The position numbers and the translations under genes were made by a program. A stretch of DNA of 64,000 bases, from contig CAJINV010000008.1 in assembly GCA_905178155.1 (NCBI GenBank), positions 1,736,001 through 1,800,000 on the forward strand, written 5' to 3'. The notes below the pieces were generated by a model. That model was given only the letters and a program-made list of their open reading frames with translations. It was not told the DNA's origin and did no database searches. The DNA is from Amoebophrya sp. A120. Its lineage: Eukaryota > Protista > Dinoflagellata. Below, in pieces: positions 9,017 to 21,687 of this stretch; position 1 is the first letter of the stretch, and every line of letters starts with the position of its first letter.

Positions 9017-12000
9017 TCACTTCTCCATGTTTAACTGGGTTGCGCGCAGTGGACTGTGCATCCGATCAACACCATCTCTTTCCTGCTCCTTCACGCTGCC
9101 ATGTCTCGACGGCGACGGGGTCGTTTCATTCTTATAGCTGCCTCTTTCTCCTGCTAAACTTACGTCTCGCCCGTCCTCCTGCTCGTTTGGATCCTCTGTC
9201 GCCGACGAATCCGCCGCACCAGCATCAAAATCTTCGTTTTTCTTGTCTCTCCCCACTTGGTCTGGCGAGCCGCCGGTCGCAGTCAGGAAACTCAGGCGCT
9301 CGTTGCCAGCGGCGCTCGGCCGCGTAGCGTCCTGGACGTCGTTGCCATGCTGGTTCCCTTCTCGCTTTCGCATCACAACTGGTGAAGAGGTCGCACTTGA
9401 AGAAGGAGCATGATTACCTCTGTTCTCGGTTTGGAGACCTTTATTTTTCCCGTCGTTTGCTGCTGGCTGGTGCAAACGCTGCTGCTGATGTCGCTGCGCC
9501 AACGCTTGCTGCTGCCCTTGTTGCTGCTGGTGGCTCGCAGCAGACGTGGCCGCTGCACTGTTTGAAGTAATCTGCTCGACGATGGTTGCCCGCGCGCCGG
9601 TCCGGTTCGGCATTGGCGACAGCACCTCTTGCAATATGGCCTTGCCGTCCTTCTTTTCCAGCATCTGCCGCATGCGAGCTACATCCGTCGCCGGCTGCTG
9701 CTGCTGCTGCTGCGGCACAGCAAGTAGGTGCTGGTGCGGCACCTGCAAAAACTGATCGCGCTGGGGGTGGTTTGCGATTGTGTGGCCGCTTTGCGCTTTA
9801 TTGTTGTTGATCCCGATTCTCGGTGGGCTTGCATACCGAGCCGGCTGGCGCACAGGAGCGCGCTGCTCTTGATAAGCATTACTGGCTGCTCCCGGTGCTG
9901 CAGCTCCGAAAAGCTGCATCTGCTCGCACTGTAACCGCAAATCGTGCGGTACTCCCGCCATCTGCGGGGGTGAAAGTCGTCCGTTGGCTGCGCTGCCAGC
10001 GCCGAGCGGACCGCCAAGACCTTCGTTTTCCACAGCCGTGGCACCAGCGGAGGCATAATTCCCGACGTGTTGCAGCAGCGCATTGGAGGGATAAGCAGAT
10101 GGATTATTCGTGTGTGAAATACTGTCACCGGCACTCATGACCCCAATGCCCGCCGCACTGTTGAGACCAAAACTCACCCCTCCGCCCGAAAGATGTTGAT
10201 GTGGTGCAGCCAAACCGAAGGCACTTGTTGCGCCCATGGGCGGCGAGGCTGAGGCGCTACTGCTGTTGCTGCTGCTTGAGATACCACCAGCTCCTCCTAC
10301 AGTTGTTCCGCCAGCAGGGAGCGCGGCCGTGGTGTTGCTACTTTTGTCGACGACGACGTTGTTAAAGACGAACAGGAGTTCGTAGCACAGCAGCGGGATC
10401 ACGACCAGCACCGGGCCCAGGACGACTCCTTTCACACCGAAGTGCGAAATCCCGAGAACAACTCCCAACCCGGTTAGCCAGGGGTTGGACTCTGGAATCT
10501 CCATGTAAATGGCCACCGTCACGTTCCACCACGTGGTGAAGCGGATGCATTGCAAAAGTAGTGCTCTCGTACGAATATCGGAATCCATAACCGTACAGTT
10601 TCGGAACTTCTTTCGTTTCTGTCGACAGTAACCCTCAGCATGGGGTTAGCTGCCTGTTTTTGAAATGCAAAGCGATGGATAAATAAGCCATTTCATCTTT
10701 TGCGTATCGTCACGACCACGAGAGCTGTACTACTGTTGCACAGGATAAGATTGATCAGGAAGCAAATCGACGCCCAATAGAACGCATACGACGTGGCATC
10801 AGAAGGAGCAGATGTTGCGCTACTAGCTCTCGACAGGATGCTGGCCTGATGCTGGTGGAGCGGGCTTGTACTGTCGGCTGCTGTTGACATGTCCGAGCGA
10901 AACGAGAACATGGAGAAGGGAGGTGTTAGTATAGAGGTTGAAGTGGTTTCGGCGAAACTATTATCTGCAGCGCCGCTCGACGCCGATGCTGCAGCCGCGT
11001 GCAGGTTCCTCGCAGCCAGCAGCTGTTGCTGCTCCATGTTGCTGTAGTTCCAGTACACGTAGGAATTTGCAAGGGGGCGGAAAAATCGGCAAATAGCATC
11101 ATTTTTGTGAGCGCGCATTTTGAGGGGGCAAAAAAATTATGGCTGTTGGGGGTGTCACTACTGCTTTTTTTCCTGTTGGCCATTTAGATGCTGGCGCCAC
11201 TCTTCGTTGCCACGGTCCGCCATCCGGCCCCCCCCCGTTTTCAAATAAAACCGCAGCATTTTGTTGCAGTTGCACAGGCCTGCGGCCCTCTGACGCGGGA
11301 AGCCGCGCCCCCTCTCCCGCATCCAGTTCCGGACGCGCCCAGATATCTTCTCATCTTCCCTCTCCGGCCGGATATTCAGAAGGCGGACGCGCCAGCAGTC
11401 AAGTGCTTCCGGGGGGGGGTGCCGAAGGGGGGGGTAAGGGGGTGCGCTTGGGCTACCTCTGGGCTACCATTTTGGATGGGGCACGCAAAATCGGCAGTTT
11501 CCAATGGGGATTAGGGGGTCGGCATAGGCTACCGAAAGGGTACCCGGAAGGGGTACCCGGAAGGGGTATCCGGGAGGGGCAAAAATGCACCCCCTTGACC
11601 ACCCCCCCCTGGCCGGGCCTCCTTTTCTGAGCGAAGGGCCTCGTCGAGCCCCGGTCAAGGAGGCGGCCCGGCCACTGTTCGAAGAGCGGGCGCACGACAA
11701 AGCGTCCGGCCATCTGAACGACAGGGCACAGAACGAAGGCGCTGTGGCCTGTTTCTGGTCCGGGTGTTGCGGCATTTCCAAAGCTCAGCCATCATGTTTC
11801 CTGTGGAAAAGATGAAGTGACACGCGAGGCGTGTCGGCTTCCAAGATGTTGCGCCCCCAACAAAAAAAAAGTTTTTATCCCCCCAAAAAGTGCGCTGGCA
11901 AAAATGATGCTATTTGCCGATTTTTCCGCCCTAACTGCTCCATGTTGCTGTAGTTCCAGTATACGTAGAAATTTGCAAGAAATGCAACGTAAATCGGGTC

Positions 12001-15000
12001 CACGACGGGGATCAGCGCCATGATGCCGGCAATAATGGTCGGAATGAACACAAGCGGCAACTCGAAAAAAGAGCAAATGAACCAGGTGTAGAGGGTGTAG
12101 AAGACGCACATTTTCACCGCCGAGTACAGAATGGCGTTCAGTACGCGCTCCACGCAGCTGTAGCACATCCGGGAGCTGTCGATCACGGCCAGAAACTCGT
12201 CGAAGTAGTGCATCACCGACACCCGATATCCAAGGAAAAAAGTGTGTAAGTGTAACTTTATTGCAGGAACAGCATCACAGATTTGTTTTGCATGACAGAG
12301 AAAACCTGTCATGCGTAGCTAGTACGCGAAAACACGTATGAAAATAGCCTCTGATGCACATCCAGCATGACAGGTGTAACTGTATTGCAACGTCTGCAAC
12401 ACAAAGTTACACTTACACAGTTTTTTTCTCGCATACCCGACTCTTGAGCATGTAGAAGAGGGCGCAAATGAAGACGATCCCCTGGAAAATCACCTCCAGA
12501 AAGGTCGCCAGCCAGTGCTGCTATGCATTGCAAAACTATCGTACTAGTATAAATTGCAGTACAAATTTTATCAGAAAGAAAAATGAAATTTGTAATGCTA
12601 ATTCAGGTAGTTTGTCATGCAAGATTGCAACTAGTACGAGTACGATACTTTTGCACAGGATAGCTGCAGCAACAGCACCACGAACTGCAGAAAGCGGCTG
12701 ATGGGCGACTGGCCCTGTTGGCCTTCCTGGCCCGGCGCCCCCTGCTGGAAAAGACTCTTGAAACTAGTCAGCCTGTTGCTCTGGTACGCGGAATACACCT
12801 CGTTGAAGGCCTCACTGGACAGTCGTTTCGCCTGCGTGAAGTTCCCGCGGAAAAGCTCAAAAAGCAGCGCTCGTGCCTGCTTCAGCTCGCGCAGCGAAAA
12901 GCTGTGCGGTGGGGGAGCCTGGTGCCTCTGGTGCTCCGAAGTGGTGTTTTGCTTACTACTCGTTGGTGGCGGAGGACTGCTCCTGTTGCCAGGATTTTTC
13001 CCGATTTCATGTTCGTCCTCGGAGAGGCCGGGCATTTCATCACTCGCAAGTGTCATCTTCCGGCGCTGTTGCCTTTCGTCGCTCGATGTTTCTGGTACGT
13101 TGTCTTCTTCATCTACAGCTACACTTGGTCTTTTTACTATGCTTCCTGCTACTGTCGACTCTGTCGTTTTGGTCGTGCTGATAAACGGTGACCGTGTACT
13201 GGACTCGAGAAACCAACTCGACCACGACCGATCGGGCTCGTCTTGGTCGTTCTTGGTTCCTTCGGCTTCGTCCGCCTCAATGTTCTGATCTCCTGATGGT
13301 TGTATGTCCATCTTTTTCTTATTTCGATCCGCGGTTGATTCTTTACTTGTACTTCCGCTTGCGTTTAAGATTTCCTCTAGCCGCCGGTCGAGGTCTTCTG
13401 TTCGTTCGTTGTTTCTCTCCCCAACATATTCCTCGGCGTTGTCGGTGCTGCTGCTATGTGCTGCATTTTGCTCATCCGCGAGAAGCAAACTGTGAATAGG
13501 AACAGTTCTGACCGACGCGTCGGAGAAGAAGTAGCCGCTCAACTGTGGTGGTGGCAGAATCTTGAATTTCTGTTCCTTGACCACGGCAGAGGCATCCTTC
13601 ACTTCGGACGACGGCTCCGATGAGTTTATTTTCACGTCGCCCGTTGTACTCGCCGCACCGTCCGCAGCACTGGTCCTCGTCGCATTTTTTTCTGTAGTAT
13701 CTTCATTCTTGTATTCACGACGGCTGTCGGGACCAATGATCGATGGCCCACTTTCTCCTGACGGGTGATCTCTTGTGCTGTCATCTTCAGTTCTATGCAT
13801 GCGTGCCGTTTTAGAAGCTGTCTCGCTGCTTCGTTCCAAGTGGTGCCCAGCTGCGATCTCGACCTCATTTTCCTCAGGACCTTGCTTTTTCTGAACACTG
13901 TCACCGGCCGATGCAGGGCTATCTGCTGAGGACGACCGTGGTGTGCTCTTGCTCTTCTTCAGCGTTTTTGCGGCCGCGTCGGGGACCTTTTCATCTTCGC
14001 CAACAGTTTCATCATGGTCTCGCACTTGTTCCTGCTCTTCTGCAACGGAAGTCGCGCTCCTGATCTCGGTCGATGAGGATGGGTGTGCTGTCTCACCTCC
14101 GATTTTTTTGCTCTTTTTGGAGGACGGAGAGGATCCCTTTCCAGTTGTGTTCTTCACCGTTACTTTCTGATGTTTTTCTTCTTTCTTCAGGAGCTCCGCT
14201 TTTGCAGTTGCATCGACACTTGTCCTGTTTGACAGTGCCATGCTGTTTTTCCTAAGCTGGTCATCATCATCTCCGTCGTCTCGGAGTGAAATACTGAATC
14301 GATCTGCTACCTTTTTCTCATCCGCCGGTGGTCTCTTCCGGTGCAGCCGTACTTCCGGTGCAGCCGTGCTGTCCGTTTCCTCGCTTCGTGCAGCCGCTCC
14401 ATCACCGCCGTCTTCATTAGCTGCGACATGATCGGACGAGTGGAGACCACTCTTGTGGTCGTCCTCAATATTCTTCGTCGCTCTCGCCTGTTCAAAATCC
14501 TGACCACTGTCATGCGACGAAGTCAAAGGCAATGATCCTGACATAATTTCGGCAGTTGTTACAGTTATTTTCCCGCTGTTCTCAGACGACCTGCTTGTCG
14601 TGCCCTTCGTCAAACTACCCTTCTGGTGATGCCCTTGCTGCGAAGACGCCGGGAAACCAGCCGGCTGGTGCTGCTCTGTACCGACGGTACTGTAGGCGTC
14701 GTACACCAACTTAATGAACTCGTATTCAACCATGTTCCGCTCCAGCCACCCAGAAAAATACTCGTTGTAGTACTGCGTCAAATTCGCATTTGCTTGCTGC
14801 GCCAGCCCACCTGTTGTACTAGGTCCGGCGCGTGTTGTAGTGGTCGGCACTCCTAAAAGCGTCCTCGTGCTGTTCTTTTTATCGCCGAACTGCTCGGTGT
14901 AAAAAGTATTGCTGTCGGCGCCTTTGCCTACAGTCTGTGCTGCTTCGTGCCTGGATAGTGTACTCGCAGCGGCGTCAGAGGCAGAAAAAGAGCTCGGAGA

Positions 15001-18000
15001 GGACGTTGCTCTTCCCGCTGCTTCGTTCGTCGCTGTCGTCCCCGTGCCACCCTTACTTGTCGCAGTGGTCGTGCCAAGACCTACGCCTCCGAGGGTAGTA
15101 GAAGATGTTGTTGCGAAGTGTGACGAAGATGCTCCTTTCATCACATTGAACGCGGAAGAACCGTCGGCCGAGACCCCCGTCTGGTGCTTCTTACCAACGA
15201 CATGCATTGCCTGCGAGAGTCCGGCGAGCACCGGCAAAACGCGCTGCTGGAACAGCTCATTGCTCTCCGCGAACTCCTGTGTGGCTTGCCAAATGAAAGC
15301 AATCTCGCGACTGAGCTCCGCGGCACACAACACCATCAGCACTGCGCACAAGAAAGCAGAGGACACAATAATGAAGATGGCAAGCAGGGTGTGGATCTGG
15401 TCCGTCAACACGGTTGCCAGAACCTGGATATAAATCTCCCGAAGGAAATCAACCACGCATTCCAGGCAGGAGGAGCAGCTCGTGGAAGTCAGTTCTTCAT
15501 CTTGACCTCCATGATCGTCGACAGCCAACATGATAGGCTTTGTTCGCTCGTCCAGAAAATCTGCTTTATTTCGCACTTCACCATCTTCTTGGACATCAAA
15601 TCTTTTGTTTGTTGTAGCGCTAGCCGTGCCAGCAGCTGCATATTCGTGTTCGCTTCTCTTTTGCTGATCCTGCTCGTGTTCTGAGGCGGTTGTGGAGGAT
15701 TTCTCAGCCTCGCCACTTCTAGACACCGTCGTGGTAAGTAGGCCCGCACGATTAGCCCCAGCGGAATATTGCGGAAGATTTTCGGTCAAAACTGCGCGGG
15801 TAGAAGTTGATCCAGCGATCATTGTTCCTGTTGTAAGAACATCGACGTCCGCACCATCCTCGTGGTCCCGAATCAGTATCGCCGCTGGCAACGACGCTGT
15901 ACTATTTTGTCCTCTTTCATCTCTCGGATCCTCTTCTTCATCCTCCACAAGTAAATGGTCTCGGGTGCGTGCATCAGGAGTTGACGACGCGGACGATTTC
16001 TCCTGCTCGTCATTCTCATATTGTTCTTGGCCGCAGCTTCGTATAATTTCCGAGTGCTGCTGTACATGAGAATGAGATAAATTTTGATTTTCCTGCATCG
16101 CTGCAAATTTGGTCCGCATGAAGGTCTGGTGTGCCGCGTCCTCATCACCCCATGCTGGCAGGCGGAGCTCGGACGAAGCCCTACTTGGGTCCAGAGCAGT
16201 CGGCATCAACCCCATATCCTGCAGCTCCACAGAAGACACCGAGTGAGACTCGTCGTGGCCAAGCTGCGCTCTAGTTTCTGCTTTTCTGGAACTGGAAGTG
16301 GTCGCTCTCATAGCTCGGTCGATGCTGTGGCCTTGAAGGTCTTTCTGCACCGACGCCGACGACGAGCGCGGCTGCATCATGGTGGTCCTGCGATCGGCAT
16401 CTGGCGAAGATATGAGCGGGGGCACGGTGCTGGTACTATCTCCAGGTCGTCGTGGGGTCGCGGAATGAGCGGATGATCGCTTCATAATTTGTTGGCCCGG
16501 TCCTACTCCCCCAAGAGTGTTTGCGCCACCCCGTCCGCGTTGAAAGAGCGACTGGAAAAATGTCCGGCTGCGAGAGCTGGAGGGGCGCTGGAAGGAGGTG
16601 GATGAAGATATGGCTCCTAGTTGCTGGTGCTGCAGTCCACGATCATGATCTCCCCGGCCGGACAAACGTGCCGACGCCGAAGATGTCCGCGGCGACGACA
16701 TCCTACCACTTGCTCGTGCCAGGTACTTGGTACCATTTCCAGCTAGCCTTCCGCTGCTTGACGAGATCATGCCAGAAGTTGAGGAAACTTTGCCGTAGCC
16801 GCTGCCCGGTGCTACCTGATCCCGACGTTGCGTCAACCAATTGAGGAGCCCGTCTACTAGGCGAATGAGAATCAGGAGGGAGTAGGCGACGAGGCAGGAA
16901 AAATAGAGGAAACTCGCGGTGGCGCCGAGCGGGTCAAACAAGTCCGGGTCGGCCTTGTAGAGCAGGAAAACCGCGCGCGCAAGTACCGCCCGGTACAGGA
17001 GCGCGAACCAGGGCCAGGAGAAATCGGCCGAGTTGGTGGACGAGGAGGAGACAAAGTTCACGAGTGGCTGGGCCACCAGCCAATACAGCACCCGCGCGAG
17101 CAAGTCAATCAAAATCGGCAGGTCCCGGAAAAAAAAGGACGCGAAAGACTCATACCGACTCCACCACCGCTTCTCCTGGATGCCGAACAGATGCGAAAAA
17201 AACCACGATCGTTTCGTCTGCTCCAGTCTGGTGCTTCGATTGTTGTACAGCGAGGACCCTCGCCTGACGAGAGGACCTCCGGATGGACGACCAGGATGAT
17301 GCAATTCTGAAGCACCTTCCTGACCCGGGGATCTGGACAGAATCGACGAGGAACCGAGAGTTTTTACTCCTGCCGCCGTCTGGTCTACTCCTCGCCTTGA
17401 AGTAGTTGCACTAATAGGTGCACCAAGATCCATTGTGGTGAAGATTTCCGCAGGGGCTGGACCCTGAGTAGAAGATCGGAGAGAACCTCCCGCTCCTGCA
17501 ACTCCCGTGTGCTGGTGTAGGTGCTGTTGTATTGGTGACAGTACTCCTTGGTGTTGCTGCTGTGCAGCTACCAGTCTGCGCCGCAACGTCGCTGACGTGG
17601 AAGACGAGCTGCCTCCAGGTGGAGAAGACATGGAAGTGGTCCTGACAGGCGGAGCATCCGCACCCGAGGAGGACCGCAGCGGAGGTTGCAGCTGCGACTC
17701 TTGGTTATCAGGATCAACGATCCGAGACCGAGTTGTGCGGCGACCCTCATGTTCTTGCAGCCTGTCGATGTAGTGCTCCATGATCTCCTCTTGTTGCTCT
17801 TCTTGAAAAAAAGCCAAGCTGGAACTCTCGTTTTCCTCTAGCACCAGGGATCGCAGCCGATTATTGTCTTCGTCTTCCTTGAATGGAGTGAAAAAATGTT
17901 CGCTGTGTCTGGCAGTAAAAGTGTGTGAGTATGTACTGATGCGCGGCAGTTTCTGCCACACACAAGAAAGTCGTCCTTGCTTGCGCATGCCGCTTGTACA

Positions 18001-18821
18001 GGCAAGAGCAACACCGCGTGGCGGATGGAAATGACAAAATATATCAGCCTTTCAATAAACTTCTTCTATCAGCAAGCGGATCGGCCGCAATTATGGAGTC
18101 CTACTTTCACCGACGATGCAAAGAACTTTCAGCGCTGCAAAAGTTACTTGTCGCGATCAGTATCCTATCGCACTTTTCCAGAACAAACTCTGACATGATT
18201 TATACTTTCGTTTGATAGCTCGTCGTCCGAGAGGAAAAACGCCAAAACCCAGACAAAGAGCTGTTTCTTTACCTCAAACATGGGGATGGAAGCCACGGTC
18301 GCCCAGAAGAGCGCCAAAAAGTAACTCTCCAGCACGAAGTAGTTCAGGTAAAAGATCCCAACGCATCCGGGAAAAAACACCAATCCCCATCCATTTTTTG
18401 CATGGAAAATAGTGGATTTTATGCATGTTTTGCATGACAAATTGGATGAGGATGGGTGTTTTTCCCTCGATACAACGACAAACAATCCGATCAGGTGCAC
18501 CACCAGATGGATGAAGGCAGAGTGCACCGTGGTGCGCCGGTCAATCGCCATTTGCTGTTGCGCATTCGGGGCGGGTGTGCCTGGTTGCAAAAAAGGCGGC
18601 GCGCCACCTGAGGCTGCTCCAATCGTAGAACCACCAGGCGTTGCAACTGCTCCGGGCATCATGGTAGGTGCGGGAGAGAATCCGCCGCCTGTCCCTGTCG
18701 TAGTTCCTGGGACAACTTGCGGCCCAAAGTTCTGATGATTCTGATAAACCTGCTGACCCGGTGCCGGCATTCGAACACGACTCTGGGCCGGACCAGAAAC
18801 AAAAGCACCACTGCTGCTCAT
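9017..18821 (-). CDS. TMEM245 / AI-2E-family-like multi-pass membrane protein with large low-complexity insertions (~2,600 aa, 7 exons)
   Basis: Motifs LFWATVASIPMFEVKKQL, KMCVFYTLYTWFICSFFELPLVFIPTIIAGIMALIPVV and MEIPESNPWLTGLGVVLGISHFGVKGVVLGPVLV. Introns of 114, ~320, 146, 214, 906 and ~200 nt each preserve or restore the frame when removed. Confidence 0.8.
10544..10747 (-). mobile_element. Introner (family B, TGCAAAAGTA-type TIR), eroded ends
   Basis: Inverted repeat ATGCATTGCAAAAGTAGTGCTCTCGT / ACGAGAGCTGTACTACTGTTGCACAGGAT. Removal of 200 or 209 nt joins the flanking frames (..LIRFTTWWN). Confidence 0.75.
11074..11934. mobile_element. GC-rich TIR element (~60-bp TIRs) acting as an intron, flanked by a 45-bp direct repeat
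   Basis: GGGCGGAAAAATCGGCAAATAGCATCATTTTTG at the left end and its reverse complement at the right end. Direct repeats 11029-11073 and 11935-11979 (43/45 identical), offset 906 nt. Confidence 0.9.
12227..12435 (-). mobile_element. Introner, TAT...ATA termini, 5-bp DR CCCGA
   Basis: Inverted repeat AAAAAAGTGTGTAAGTGTAACTTT / AAAGTTACACTTACACAGTTTTTT. 214-nt removal gives FYMLKS/RVSVMHY. Confidence 0.9.
12522..12662 (-). mobile_element. Introner (family B), TAT...ATA termini, 5-bp DR GCTGC
   Basis: Inverted repeat TATGCATTGCAAAACTATCGTACT / AGTACGATACTTTTGCACAGGATA. 146-nt removal gives VLLLQ/HWLATFL. Confidence 0.9.
17903..18219 (-). other. Degenerate non-canonical intron (~320 nt), boundaries uncertain
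   Basis: Decayed inverted repeat (AAAAGTG...TACTGAT / ATCAGTA...CACTTTT). 320-nt removal at TCG joins FLSDDE/HFFTPF in frame. Confidence 0.55.
18364..18472 (-). mobile_element. Introner, 5-bp DR CAACG; stop-free, in-frame 114-nt intron
   Basis: Inverted repeat GGGAAAAAACACCAATCCCCATCCA / TGGATGAGGATGGGTGTTTTTCCC. Removal restores the hydrophobic helix HLIGLFVV/GIFYLNY. Confidence 0.85.
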
Positions 18822-20195
18822 TTTCGTCGCCCCACTGTCAGACCTTCTCCCTCGTCGGGTATGCGTATGATCTGCCACGATCCGCTTCACTTAACGTAAG
18901 ACAGTCAAAGCCGCGCAACTCGTGCAGTAGCCACATCAAACGCCGAGCCTGCAGCTTTTCTTGCTCGGAGTCTTGCAGCTGCCGAGGAGCGACATGACAT
19001 CTGAATTGCAGCCGGCGGAAACATCTTCTCGTGACTTGTTATCTATAGAGCCAGCCCCACACAACCATCACTCGTTTCCGCCTGCGATCTTCCAGGTCCC
19101 CCGCTACGAAACCAACCACGGGAGGTGATCATGTTGCCTTGTTTCTTGCTTCCATTTTTCTAATTCTAGTACAAGTAGGTCCTTCACTTGTCATCGATTC
19201 TTGATTTTTCCACTCTCCTTGTCAGGCGCGTCAGGTTGTGGTGGCAAACAAATTTTGGTGACTAAATACCAAATCGTTGCATTGTTGGAGAAGGCACTGC
19301 GGCTATCGAAAATACTTTACGCGCAACGTTCAGGGAAAACAATGGGGTCCTGTTTTGAAACATGAGGGGCACCACATTGATTAGGTAGAGCTACAGAGCT
19401 ACCCATCTATCGGAGGTGAATACGTAGCCTTTTTTGGGTTTAATCGATGGAATACTTAGATGTGCGACAATCCATGAATCAACCGCACCATGCGTTGTTT
19501 GCGTATAGTTCCGTCAAGCTCAAGACTCCATTCAACCGCCAAAATTGACTACATCACGAATCGTCATTGCACTACAATTATAAAAGATGCCTACACCCTC
19601 CACTAGAGCTAGCCATTGAGTGGAGACATCAGTGTCGCTGTATGTGCGGACGCGCGCAACTGATCCTTCAAACACTTATGCAACATCCACCTTCTGATCA
19701 GTTGACTCTAATATCCTTGCGGGGGACCATGACCAGACTAAAACATGAACCCATAGATCGTTTTTCCTTCAAAACCCCTCGGAAACTTGATCATGGAGAA
19801 CATCATCTCTTGATTGATTCCATATTCTATCTTTCCCAACCGATGTGACGCAAAAAAACTTACCGAATCCATGACATCGCACTCATACTCATTCCATCCA
19901 AACATTGGCGAGAATCAAGACCGAAAGCGAAAATGCAAATGACGAATCAATCATAACTTGGTACTCATGAGCTCCGACGTGTGATGGTCACGAATCACCG
20001 AGACCCCGAGTCATGAGACCGGAAGATCGATAAGGCTTTCCAATTAACTTTTGCAGATGCTGATAATGACATCAGATTGCACTGATAATGACTTGATACA
20101 GGTAAGTCCGACATCAAGATGCGCAATATTAAACGTGGAGTGACGCAATTTGATTGTGCCCACTACTAGTGCCAAGTGTGCTCGCGCACAGCTCG

Positions 20196-20690
20196 CTATC
20201 TGCGAAGCTGGAAAAGAAAGTCACGCACTGCCTCTGCCTCGGGCAGCCTCGACGTAACATCTGACCTCGACGTAACATCTGACCTCGGGTTCCGACGGCC
20301 ATCCTCAGCTGCGGCAGCTCCCAGGACCACATGAGGCAGGTTTTCAATCTCTTCCATCGTCAGCTCCCGCGAAACCGCCACAGCGCAATGCTGAAGGGCT
20401 TTCAGAATGATTTTCGTGGCCTTCCCGTCGTCCGCACATTCAACCTCTGAAAGCGAAAATAACCTCCTTGCTGCCGCTTGTGACTCGGCGTCGTCCGCGT
20501 CGTCGCGGCAATTCTTGACTTCACTGCCAGCATCAGGCCGATTAAAACTGGCCCGATGTCTTTGGAACAGAAGACCGTCCTCCAGTTCTCGCACACAGTT
20601 GCGCTGCTCTTGTATTTGCCGACGCAAATCTTCATCCGCCTCCTGCATGCCGCGAAAAGCCTCGAAACCCATTGCCTCAGCGCGCTCCAT
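20196..20690 (-). CDS. Hypothetical protein (164 aa) or gene relic
   Basis: ATG-initiated ORF on the prevailing strand with a coiled-coil-like N-terminus; no recognisable motif. Confidence 0.35.
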   Translation of the reverse strand: MERAEAMGFEAFRGMQEADEDLRRQIQEQRNCVRELEDGLLFQRHRASFNRPDAGSEVKNCRDDADDAESQAAARRLFSLSEVECADDGKATKIILKALQHCAVAVSRELTMEEIENLPHVVLGAAAAEDGRRNPRSDVTSRSDVTSRLPEAEAVRDFLFQLRR

Positions 20691-21687
20691 TTTTGCTCAT
20701 GCTCGTCTGGCTGATCATCACAAATACTTATCTCGACGACCTCCTGGCAGCGTTACGATATCGTAAAAATTCAGGTCTTGCTTTTTTGCTTTTCGTCTTC
20801 GTCCTTTTGCTCAAATCGAAACATAAACTCCTCAGGCAAATAGAAATACTGACCGGATGAACTCCTCCTTCTTATTGTCGTTTTTCGCCTCTTGTCAAAG
20901 ACGAGCAAGTACTATGCACTTGCAAAGTTAAGCAAAAGCCTCATCAAGACGAATCTCGGAAAGCTTGTTGAGCTACCAGAACAACAGGTTGCAAATGTTC
21001 TTGCTACATTGTTCGTCACAACGCCCTCCATTGCCGCTTGCCGCTACTTTTTTTTTTGCAGATCGAAACACAGATAAAAGATTTCGTTTTTTTTTACAGT
21101 TGAATGGTACATCAATCAAGGAGCACGGACATTCCATAAATTTCAAACTTGTATTACGATTTATACGTGAGGGTGGATTGATTATCAAGATTGATAGCTT
21201 TAGATTTGTGTACTTGCGTTTTTTTTACATACGAGAACAATTTGTGATTTTACTTCGACGGAAACGATAACGAGATAGAAAACATTACAATTGAAACTTT
21301 ATTCCCTAGCCTTGCGAGTGGCAGTGAAGAACCGATGTATGATACAAATGATATAACTAAGTAGAAATTTTGGATGAAAAAGCGACACAGGAATGGCAGC
21401 TTAGAAATGGTCACCCCGTATTTTTGTGCGCTTTGCAATCTTCGTTCTCTATTGAATCTCATGCTGCAGTAGAAACGAGAGCTCTTCCGCTTCGATAGCC
21501 CCAGCCCGTTATTGAATAACTTCAAACCCTCATTCCTTGCAATTACAAGCTTGCTGCAACACACACACACACAGACACTATCACTACTTATTGTTCCTTA
21601 TATTGTCTTGGAGTAAAAAAAAAATTGCTGTTCTCGTAACAAACAACGCGGCAGCTTTTTTTCTGATGTTCAAGAAGTTTACTCATC

